From NCBI RefSeq assembly GCF_046119375.1, contig NW_027362764.1, forward strand, positions 809,100,001-809,164,000: a stretch of 64,000 nucleotides of DNA, given 5' to 3'. Within the stretch, counting starts at the first letter, position 1. Every line of letters begins with the position of its first letter. Shown here one piece after another: positions 1 through 10,611 of this stretch. The notes under the pieces were generated by a model. That model was not told where the DNA came from, did not search any database, and saw only the letters and a list, made by a program, of their open reading frames with translations. The position numbers and the translations under genes are program-made. Source of the DNA: Phyllobates terribilis. Lineage: Eukaryota.

Positions 1-1545
1 CTCTCCTACATGAAGATGGTAATACTCCAGTGTATGACTTCACCAACTCCCATCTTGGACTTCTCTTTACTTCTGTCAGTGACAGTCGCCGGCTCAGGAC
101 GCCCCACTGACCGCACATACAGAGACCAACCTGTCATCAAAACCCAGCAGCTGAAGAACCATCTAGAGCAGAGGTGGGAATCTTTTTTCATGCCAAGGGC
201 CATTTGGATAGTTATACCATCCTTCGGACAAATTGCGCACTACCTCCGCCCACAAAGAACGTCCTCACGCTGGCACTGGTGTCAGGACATAATCTTTCAT
301 TCAGTGTTCAGTAGTGATCAATGCGTGCGCGTACTCGCAGAGCAAGAAGGAATCAATGGGCCGATGGCCGTAAAAATACAGCTGCCGGACCAAGAACTGC
401 GGTCACAAGGAATCTGCCTGGGGACCGGATAAAGGTCATCGAGGCCGAGGGCCTTAGGTTCCCCACCCCTGATCTACACTGATGTTTAGCCCCGATCTCC
501 TCCCTCTCCTGTCCAGGCTCCGCATGGTCACATTATAATAAGACATTGGACAGTGTTCTAGATGAAGCAGCACCAGCTACACGGAGAACGACTCGGCACA
601 GACGGCGATGACCCTGGCACACGGCAAACGTGTTTCCTACAGCGAAGCTCCAGGGGTTTGGGCCTCAGTGGAGAAAATCATCTTTGGCAGAAGATTTCGT
701 CCACTATAAAATTATGATTAAAACTTATAACTCTGCCCTTCACCTCTCCAGTGACTACCACCCTATTCACATCAATGACAATCCTTAACGGACAGCTGTC
801 ACTCCCTTTTCAGTCCTTAAGTGCCGCCCCGATCACCGACCTCAGCGTTGCCGATCCAGACAATTATTTCACAGAAAAAAAAGAAATCACCATAACCGAC
901 AGGAAATGGTCTCCCAATCCCCAAATATCACAGCTACTCATCCCACCCGCACTCATTCCAGTTCACTTTTCACCTTTCACCTTTGAACAGGTCATAGAGG
1001 AAGAAGTTACCCAGCTCCTCGCTTCGTCTCACCCTACAAACTTCACCGGTGACCTCCATTCCCTCACATCTCCTCCTCAGTCTCTCCAGCTTTCACCACC
1101 TATCTACAATAATAACTAACCTCTCTCTTTCTTTCCCTCCTTCAAACATTAAGTCATAAACCCATTACTAAAAAATCCATCCCTGGAATAGAAATGCGTT
1201 GCTGACTACAGACCGATCCCTAATCTCCCCTCTTCCCTAACTCTGGAACACTTGGACCACTCCTGTCTAATCCGCCATCTCTCAGATAACGCTCTTCTTC
1301 ACACTTTCCAATCTTAACCCTCTACAGAATCTGCCCTCACTAAAGTCTAGAAATGCTCTCTGCTCCTTGCTGATTCTCCTGGATCTCTGCTGCATCTGAC
1401 ACCAGCTCCTCCTCAATATGCTCTGCTCTATCAGCCTCATGGACAACGATATCTCCTAGTTATCCTCCTACCTCTCTGACCGCTCCGTCACTAGATAACA
1501 GCACTTCCTCTCCTCTTCCTGTACTATCAGGGGTTCCTCAGGGTC
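1..1545 (+). mobile_element. Degraded L2 LINE ORF2 fragment (end of endonuclease, linker, N-terminal RT), interrupted by a hAT MITE at 169-471
   Basis: Broken-frame translations give L2-type motifs: HEDGNT, LAPISSLSC, PWHT, QWRKS..EDFVHYK, EEEVTQLLASSHPT, YRPI.NLP, STESALTKV, LLILLDL, GVPQG (ggggttcctcagggt ~1530). Many stops and indels. Confidence 0.8.
169..471. mobile_element. hAT (Charlie-type) MITE inserted in the L2
   Basis: Termini CAGAGGTGGGAA...GGTTCCCCACCCCTG are inverted; flanks ATCTAGAG (161-168) and ATCTACAC (472-479) form a 6/8 match 8-bp TSD of the NTCTAGAN type; L2 reading resumes on either side. Confidence 0.75.
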
Positions 1546-1549
1546 CCCT

Positions 1550-4500
1550 ATAAAGTGCTGCACCTTCCTACATCTCCTCATCTCTGTCTACCACCCTACC
1601 CATCCTTCACGCAGTGCTGCACTGCCCTACATCTGAACCTCATCTATATGTACCACCTACCCGTCCTCTCCACAGTGCTGCACCACCCTACATCTGCTCC
1701 TCATTTCTGTCTGTCTCCTACACGTCCTCTCCACAGTGCTGCACCGCCTTACATCTCCTCCTCATCTCTGTCTACCACCTACCCATCCTCTCCACAGTGC
1801 AGCACCACCCTACATCTCTTCCCTATCTCTCACTACCACCTACCCGTCCTCTCCACAGTGCTGCATCGCCCTACATCTGCTCCTCATTTCTGTCTGTCTC
1901 CTACACGTCCTCTCCACAGTGCTGCACTGCCCTACATCTCCTCCTCATCTCTGTCTACCACCTATCCGTCCTCTCCACAGTGCTGCGCCGCCCTACATCT
2001 CCTCCTCATCTCTGTCTACCACCTACCCATCCTCTCCACAGTGCTGCACCGCCCTACATCTCCTCCTCATCTGTCTACCACCTACCCGTCCTCTCCACAG
2101 TGCTGCACCGCCCTACATCTCCTCCTCATCTCTGTCTACCACCTACCCGTCCTCTCCACAGTGCTGCACCGCCCTACATCTCCTCCTCATCTCTATCTAC
2201 CACCTACCCGTCCTCTCCACAGTGCTGCACCGCCCTACATCTCCATCTACCACCTACCCGTCCTCTCCACAGTGCTGCACCGCCCTACATCTCCTCCTCA
2301 TCTCTGTCTACCACCTACCCATCCTCTCCACAGTGCTGCACCGCCCTACATCTCCATCTACCACCTACCCGTCCTCTCCACAGTGCTGCACCGCCCTACA
2401 TCTCCTCCTCATCTCTGTCTACCACCTATCCGTCCTCTCCACAGTGCTGCGCCGCCCTACATCTCCTCCTCATCTCTGTCTACCACCTACCCATCCTCTC
2501 CACAGTGCTGCACCACCCTACATCTCCTCCTCATCTCTGTCTACCACCTACCCATCCTCTCCACAGTGCTGCACCGCCCTACATCTCCATCTACCACCTA
2601 CCCGTCCTCTCCACAGTGCTGCACCGCCCTACATCTCCTCCTCATCTCTGTCTACCACCTATCCGTCCTCTCCACAGTGCTGCGCCGCCCTACATCTCCT
2701 CCTCATCTCTGTCTACCACCTACCCATCCTCTCCACAGTGCTGCACCGCCCTACATCTGCTCCTCATTTCTGTCTGTCTCCTACACGTCCTCTCCACAGT
2801 GCTGCACTGCCCTACATCTCCTCCTCATCTCTGTCTACCACCTATCCGTCCTCTCCACAGTGCTGCGCCGCCCTACATCTCCTCCTCATCTCTGTCTACC
2901 ACCTACCCATCCTCTCCACAGTGCTGCACCGCCCTACATCTCCTCCTCATCTCTGTCTACCACCTACCCGTCCTCTCCACAGTGCTGCACCGCCCTACAT
3001 CTCCTCCTCATCTCTGTCTACCACCTACCCGTCCTCTCCACAGTGCTGCACCGCCCTACATCTCCTCCTCATCTCTATCTACCACCTCCCCGTCCTCTCC
3101 ACAGTGCTGCACCACCCTACACCTCCTCCTCATCTCTATCTACCACCTCCCCGTCCTCTCCACAGTGCTGCACCACCCTACATCTCCTCCTCATCTCTAT
3201 CTACCACCTACCCGTCCTCTCCACAGTGCTGCACCGCCCTACACCTCCTCCTCATCTCTGTCTACCACCTACCCATCCTCTCCAGTGCTGCACCGCCCTA
3301 CATCTCCATCTACCACCTACCCGTCCTCTCCACAGTGCTGCACCGCCCTACATCTCCTCCTCATCTCTGTCTACCACCTATCCGTCCTCTCCACAGTGCT
3401 GCGCCGCCCTACATCTCCTCCTCATCTCTGTCTACCACCTACCCATCCTCTCCACAGTGCTGCACCGCCCTACATCTCCTCCTCATCTCTGTCTACCACC
3501 TACCCGTCCTCTCCACAGTGGTGCACCGCCCTACATCTCCTCCTCATCTCTGTCTACCACCTCCCCGTCCTCTCCAGAGTGCTGCACCGCCCTACATCTC
3601 CTCCTCATCTCTATCTACCACCTCCCCGTCCTCTCCACAGTGCTGCACCGCCCTACATCTCCTCCTCATCTCTATCTACCACCTCCCCGTCCTCTCCACA
3701 GTGCTGCACCGCCCTACATCTCCTCCTCATCTCTATCTACCACCTCCCCGTCCTCTCCACAGTGCTGCACCACCCTACACCTCCTCCTCATCTCTATCTA
3801 CCACCTCCCCATCCTCTCCACAGTGCTGCACCGCCCTACATCTCCTCCTCATCTCTATCTACCACCTCCCCGTCCTCTCCACAGTGCTGCACCACCCTAC
3901 ATCTCCTCATCTCTATCTACCACCTCCCCGTCCTCTCCACAGTGCTGCACCGCCCTACATCTCCTCCTCATCTCTATCTACCACCTCCCCGTCCTCTCCA
4001 CAGTGCTGCACCGCCCTACATCTCCTCCTCATCTCTATCTACCACCTCCCCGTCCTCTCCACAGTGCTGCACCGCCCTACATCTCCTCCTCATCTCTATC
4101 TACCACCTCCCCGTCCTCTCCACAGTGCTGCACCGCCCTACATCTCCTCCTCATCTCTATCTACCACCTCCCCGTCCTCTCCACAGTGCTGCACCACCCT
4201 ACACCTCCTCCTCATCTCTATCTACCACCTCCCCGTCCTCTCCACAGTGCTGCACCACCCTACATCTCCTCCTCATCTCTATCTACCACCTCCCCGTCCT
4301 CTCCACAGTGCTGCACCGCCCTACATCTCCTCCTCATCTCTATCTACCACCTCCCCGTCCTCTCCACAGTGCTGCACCGCCCTACATCTCCTCCTCATCT
4401 CTGTCTACCACCTCCCCGTCCTCTCCACAGTGCTGCACCGCCCTACATCTCCTCCTCATCTCTGTATACCACCTCCCCGTCCTCTCCACAGTGCTGCACC

Positions 4501-6530
4501 GCCCTACATCTCCTCCTCATCTCTGTCTACCACCTCCCCGTCCTCTCCACAGTGCTGCACCGCCCTACATCTCCTCCTCATCTCTGTATACCACCTCTCC
4601 GTCCTCTCCACAGTGCTGCACCACCCTACATCTCCTCCTCATCTCTATCTACCACCTCCCCGTCCTCTCCACAGTGCTGCACCGCCCTACATCTCCTCCT
4701 CATCTCTGTATACCACCTCCCCGTCCTCTCCACAGTGCTGCACCACCCTACACCTCCTCCTCATCTCTATCTACCACCTCCCCGTCCTCTCCACAGTGCT
4801 GCACCGCCCTACACCTCCTCCTCATCTCTGTCTACCACCTACCCGTCCTCTCCACAGTGCTGCACCGCCCTACATCTCCTCCTCATCTCTGCCTACCACC
4901 TCCCCGTCCTCTCCACAGTGCTGCACCGCCCTACATCTCCTCCTCATCTCTGCCTACCACCTCCCCGTCCTCTCCACAGTGCTGCACCACCCTACACCTC
5001 CTCCTCATCTCTATCTACCACCTCCCCGTCCTCTCCACAGTGCTGCACCGCCCTACATCTCCTCCTCATCTCTGCCTACCACCTCCCCGTCCTCTCCACA
5101 GTGCTGCACCACCCTACACCTCCTCCTCATCTCTATCTACCACCTCCCCGTCCTCTCCACAGTGCTGCACCGCCCTACACCTCCTCCTCATCTCTATCTA
5201 CCACCTCCCCGTCCTCTCCACAGTGTTGCACCGCCCTACATCTCCTCCTCATCTCTGTCTACCACTTACCCGTCCTCTCCACAGTGCTGCACCGCCCTAC
5301 ATCTCCTCCTCATCTCTGCCTACCACCTCCCCGTCCTCTCCACAGTGCTGCACCGCCCTACATCTCCTCCTCATCTCTGCCTACCACCTCCCCGTCCTCT
5401 CCACAGTGCTGCACCACCCTACACCTCCTCCTCATCTCTATCTACCACCTCCCCGTCCTCTCCACAGTGCTGCACTGCCCTACACCTCCTCCTCATCTCT
5501 GTCTACCACCTACCCGTCCTCTCCACAGTGCTGCACCGCCCTACATCTCCTCCTCATCTCTATCTACCACCTCCCCGTCCTCTCCACAGTGCTGCACCGC
5601 CCTACATCTCCTCCTCATCTCTGTCTACCACCTCCCCGTCCTCTCCACAGTGCTGCACCACCCTACACCTCCTCCTCATCTCTATCTACCACCTCCCCGT
5701 CCTCTCCACAGTGCTGCACCACCCTACACCTCCTCCTCATCTCTATCTACCACCTCCCCGTCCTCTCCACAGTGCTGCACCACCCTACACCTCCTCCTCA
5801 TCTCTATCTACCACCTCCCCGTCCTCTCCACAGTGCTGCACTGCCCTACACCTCCTCCTCATCTCTATCTACCACCTCCCCGTCCTCTCCACAGTGCTGC
5901 ACCGCCCTACATCTCCTCCTCATCTCTATCTACCACCTCCCCGTCCTCTCCACAGTGCTGCACCGCCCTACATCTCCTCCTCATCTCTGTCTACCACCTC
6001 CCCGTCCTCTCCACAGTGCTGCACCACCCTACACCTCCTCCTCATCTCTATCTACCACCTCCCCGTCCTCTCCACAGTGCTGCACCACCCTACACCTCCT
6101 CCTCATCTCTGTCTACCACCTCCCCGTCATCTCCACAGTGCTGCACCGCCCTACATCTCCTCCTCATCTCTGTCTACCACCTACCCGTCCTCTCCACAGT
6201 GCTGCACCGCCCTACATCTCCTCCTCATCTCTGTCTACCACCTCCCCGTCCTCTCCACAGTGCTGCACCGCCCTACATCTCCTCCTCATCTCTGTCTACC
6301 ACCTCCCCGTCCTCTCCACAGTGCTGCACCGCCCTACATCTCCTCCTCATCTCTATCTACCACCTCCCCGTCCTCTCCACAGTGCTGCACCGCCCTACAT
6401 CTCCTCCTCATCTCTATCTACCACCTCCCCGTCCTCTCCACAGTGCTGCACCACCCTACATCTCCTCCTCATCTCTATCTACCACCTCCCCGTCCTCTCC
6501 ACAGTGCTGCACCGCCCTACATTTCCTCCT
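1550..6530. repeat. 61-bp minisatellite, about 80 copies
   Basis: Unit CCACAGTGCTGCACCGCCCTACATCTCCTCCTCATCTCTGTCTACCACCTACCCGTCCTCT; some shorter deletion units; source of the three 1650-aa ORFs. Confidence 0.97.
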
Positions 6531-6729
6531 GTGATGCCTGGTATCGTCCCCTGTACAGCGCTGTGGTCTTTGCAGGCGATACAGAAATAACATCATTATT
6601 ACTATACATACATAATATAAGAGGAGCGATCAGTAGATACATCGTTATCCGGTACCTGGGCTCCCGGCTACTGTGACACTCAAGGGCCCATGGCGATCCG
6701 CACACAGGTTGGGGCCCGCGCTGCTCTGG

Positions 6730-6910
6730 CCGCCGCCATCTTTCTGTGCTGTGACAAGCTGCGCATGCGTGCTCTGCCTCATACTACACTGCGTTTGGAG
6801 ACTTTGCAGCCGCCACCTTTCTACACCCTGCCACTACCAAGATGGCGTTCGGTGGTTTCCGGCAGAGGAGTGGGCGGAGTCATCACAGGACGGTCATTTC
6901 CGGTGTGAAA
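6730..6910. promoter_or_regulatory. Housekeeping-type core promoter of bop1, probably bidirectional
   Basis: YY1 motif on - strand (GCCGCCATCTT 6732-6742) and on + strand (CAAGATGGCG 6838-6847), NRF1 TGCGCATGCG 6760-6769, ETS-type TTCCGG ~6857 and ~6898, Sp1 GGGCGGAGT 6872-6880; no TATA; immediately upstream of the bop1 ATG. Confidence 0.75.
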
Positions 6911-6975
6911 GCTGCAGAAAAACGTGTTCCCGGCCGGGACCGTGTGCGACTCTAATCAGTGACACAAGCTTCAGC

Positions 6976-7008
6976 ATGAAGAGGCGGAGTACGGGGAGCG
7001 CGGAGCCG
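6976..7008 (+). CDS. bop1: bop1 exon 1 (MKRRSTGSAEP)
   Basis: AGCATGA start after the promoter, strong donor CCG|GTGAGT, phase 0 matches exon 2. Confidence 0.8.
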
Positions 7009-7034
7009 GTGAGTAGACCACCGACCTCTCCCCC

Positions 7035-10000
7035 CCTGTACTGAGGAGACTTGAGACCTCTCCCCCCCCTATAATGAGGAAACCGGCGACCTCTTCCCCC
7101 CCCCCCCCCTGTACTGAGGAGACTGGAGACCTCTCCCCCCCCCCCCCCCCCCCCTGTACTGAGGAGACTGGAGACCTCTCCCCCCCCCCCCCCCCCGTAC
7201 TGAGGAGACTGAACTCCTCCTCCCCCCCTCCCCCCTGTACTGAGGAGACTGGAGACCTCTCCCCCCCCCCCCCCCCCCTGTACTGAGGAGACTGAACTCC
7301 CCCCCCCCTGTACTGAGGAGACTGAACTCCCCCCCCCCCCCCCCCCCCCTGTACTGAGGAGACTGGAGACCTCTCCCCCCCCCCCCTGTACTGAGGAGAC
7401 TGAACTCCTCCCCCCCCCCCCCCCCCCTGTACTGAGGAGACTGGAGACCTCTCCCCCCCCCCCCCCCTGTACTGAGGAGACTGGAGACCTCTCCCCCCCC
7501 CCCCCCCCCTGTACTGAGGAGACTGGAGACCTCTCCCCCCCCCCCCTGTACTGAGGAGACTGGAGACCTCTCCCCCCCCCCCCCCCTGTACTGAGGAGAC
7601 TGGAGACCTCTCCCCCCCCCCCCCCTGTACTGAGGAGACTGAACTCCCCCCCCCCCCCCTGTACTGAGGAGACTGAACTCCCCCCCCCCCTCCCCCCCCT
7701 GTGCTGAGGAGACTGGAGACCTCTCCCCCCCCCCCCCCCTATAATGAGGAAACCGGAGACCTCTCCCCCTCCCCCCCTGTACTGAGGAGACTGAACTCCT
7801 CCCCCCACCTCCCCCCTGTACTGAGGAGACTGGAGACCTCTTTCCCCCCCCCCCCTGTACTGAGGAGACTAAACTCCCCCCCCCCCCCCCCCTGTACTGA
7901 GGAGACTAAACTCCCCCCCCCCCCCCCCCTGTACTGAGGAGACTGAACTCCCCACCCCCCCCTGTACTGAGGAGACTGAACTCCCCCCCCCCCCCCGTAC
8001 TGAGGAGACTGAACTCCCCCCCCCCCCCCCCCTGTACTGAGGAGACTAAACTCCCCCCCCCCCCCCCCCCCCCGTACTGAGGAGACTAAACTCCCCCCCC
8101 CCCCCCTGTACTGAGGAGACTAAACTCCCCCCCCCCCCCCCCCCTGTACTGAGGAGACTAAACTCCCCCCCCCCCCCCCCCCCCTGTACTGAGGAGACTA
8201 AACTCCCCCCCCCCCCCCCCCCTGTACTGAGGAGACTAAACTCCCCCCCCCCCCCCCCCTGTACTGAGGAGACTAAACTCCCCCCCCCCCCCCCCTGTAC
8301 TGAGGAGACTAAACTCCCCCCCCCCCCCCCCTCCCCCCTGTACTGAGGAGACTGGAGGCCTCTTCCCCCCCCTCCCCCCTGTACTGAGGAGACTGGAGGC
8401 CTCTTCCCCCCCCCCCCCTCCCCCCTGTACTGAGGAGACTGGAGACCTCTTCCCCCCCCCCCCCCTCCCCCCTGTACTGAGGAGACTGGAGACCTCTTCC
8501 CCCCCCCCCTCCCCCCTGTACTGAGGAGACTGGAGACCTCTTCCCCCCCCCCCTCCCCCCTGTACTGAGGAGACTGGAGACCTCTTCCCCCCCCCCCTCC
8601 CCCCTGTACTGAGGAGACTGGAGACCTCTTCCCCCCCCCCCTCCCCCCTGTACTGAGGAGACTGGAGACCTCTTCCCCCCCCCCTCCCCCCTGTACTGAG
8701 GAGACTGGAGACCTCTTTCCCCCCCCCTCCCCCCTGTACTGAGGAGACTGGAGACCTCCCCCCCCCCCTCCCCCCTGTACTGAGGAGACTGGAGACCTCC
8801 CCCCCCCCCCCCCTCCCCCCTGTACTGAGGAGACTGGAGACCTCTTCCCCCCCCCCTCCCCCCTGTACTGAGCAGACTGGAGACATCTTCTCCCCCCCCC
8901 CCTCCCCCCTGTACTGAGGAGACTGGAGACATCTTCCCCCCCCCCCTCCACCCTGTACTGAGGAGACTGGAGACCTCTTCCCCCCCCCCCCCCCCCGTAC
9001 TGAGGAGACCTCTTCCCCCCCCCCCCCCCCCCCGTACTGAGGAGACTGGAGACCTCTTCCCCCCCCCCCCCCCGTACTGAGGAGACTGGAGACCTCTTCC
9101 CCCCCCCCCCCCCGTACTGAGGAGACTGGAGACCTCTTCCCCCCCCCCCCCACCTGTACTGAGGAGACTGGAGACCTTTCCCCCCCCCCCACCTGTACTG
9201 AGGAGACTGGAGACCTCTCCCCCCCCCCCCCCCCCTGTACTGAGGAGACTGGAGACCTCTTCCCCCCCCCCCCCCGTACTGAGGAGACTGGAGACCTCTT
9301 CCCCCCCCCCCCCCCCTGTACTGAGGAGACTGGAGACCTCTTCCCCCCCCCCCCCCCTGTACTGAGGAGACTGGAGACCTTTTCCCCCCCCCACCTGTAC
9401 TGAGGAGATTGGAGACCTCTCCCCCCCCCCCCCTGTACTGAGGAGACTGGAGACCTCTTCCCCCCCCCCCCCTGTACTGAGGAGACTGGAGACCTCTTCC
9501 CCCCCCCCCCCCCCCCCCTGTACTGAGGAGACTGGAGACCTCTTCCCCCCCCCCCCCCCTGTACTGAGGAGACTGGAGACCTCTCCCCCCCCCCCCCCCC
9601 TGTACTGAGGAGACTGGAGACCTCTTCCCCCCCCCCCCTGTACTGAGGAGACTGGAGACATCTCCCCCCCCCCCCCCCCTGTACTGAGGAGACTGGAGAC
9701 CTCTTCCCCCCCCCCCCTGTACTGAGGAGACTGGAGACCTCTCCCCCCCCCCCCCCCCCCCCTGTACTGAGGAGACTGGAGACCTCTTCCCCCCCCCCTG
9801 TACTGAGGAGACTGGAGACATCTCCCCCCCCCCCCCTGTACTGAGGAGACTGGAGACCTCTTTCTCCCCCCCCCCCCCCCCTGTACTGAGGAGACTGGAG
9901 ACCTCTTTCTCCCCCCCCCCCCCCCCCTGTACTGAGGAGACTGGAGACCTGTTTCTCCCCCCCCCCCCTGTACTGAGGAGACTGGAGACCTCTTTCTCCC

Positions 10001-10120
10001 CCCCCCCCCCCCTGTACTGAGGAGACTGGAGACCTCTTTCTCCCCCCCCCCCCCCCCTGTACTGAGGAGACTGGAGACCTCTTTCTCCCCCCCCCCCCTG
10101 TACTGAGGAGACTGGAGACA
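7035..10120. repeat. Minisatellite CTGTACTGAGGAGACTGGAGACCTCT + variable poly-C (about 35-45 bp), fills bop1 intron 1
   Basis: Directly visible; sub-variants (CTGAACT, CTAAACT, CCTCTT, CTCTTTCT) occur in blocks. Confidence 0.97.
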
Positions 10121-10168
10121 CCCCCTCCCCTCCCCCATTGTATAATTTGCTGTCTTTCCTTTCTGCAG

Positions 10169-10309
10169 GGGTTGCTGCTCGGTGGGGACGCGGTGCTGAG
10201 TGACGCTGAGGGGTCTGACCTCAGTGACAGTGAGGAGAGTCAGTACTCCGGGCTGGAGGACTCCGCCACTGACAGCAGCGAGGAGGAGGACGGGGCGGAG
10301 GATGAAGAG
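10169..10309 (+). CDS. bop1: bop1 exon 2 (acidic N-terminus GLLLGGDAVLSDAEGSDLSDSEESQYSGLEDSATDSSEEEDGAEDEE)
   Basis: Acceptor TTTCCTTTCTGCAG|, donor GAG|GTAAGT, 141 nt; SDLSDSEES..SGLEDS motif matches the vertebrate BOP1 N-terminus. Confidence 0.92.
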
Positions 10310-10611
10310 GTAAGTCCGGAGATGGCGCCCCCTGGTGACTGATGACTCATGCAGGAGGTCTTTAACCCCTTCACGACTGCTAACGGTAAATAAGCATCAA
10401 TGCTTGCTGGGATTTGTGCAGCGCCAACGTTTGTTTATGGTTGGTGGTCCTGCAGAGATCAAGACCCCCACAAAGCTGCAAGCACTGGGATTCCGCTGCA
10501 GAAAGCTAGCTGTGACCCCTGACCTCATCAAGGCCTGATTGGTTCATTGTCACCTTCAAGCTAGCCAATGACAGCAGTCGCTGGGAAAGTTTGTTGTAAT
10601 AAGAAAGTAAG

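Noticed and set aside
1555-6676. Three ORFs of about 1650 aa
   Set aside because: All three frames are open because the 61-bp unit lacks stops; translations cycle through the same peptides; no domain or splice context.
1-6700. HSF1 coding exons expected from mammalian synteny
   Set aside because: No HSF DNA-binding-domain sequence (PAFLTKLW) recognised on the - strand; region is L2, MITE and minisatellite.
7035-10120. Constant repeat plus variable spacer pattern suggesting CRISPR or a barcode
   Set aside because: The variable part is only poly-C length, which is also the least reliable feature of long-read sequence.
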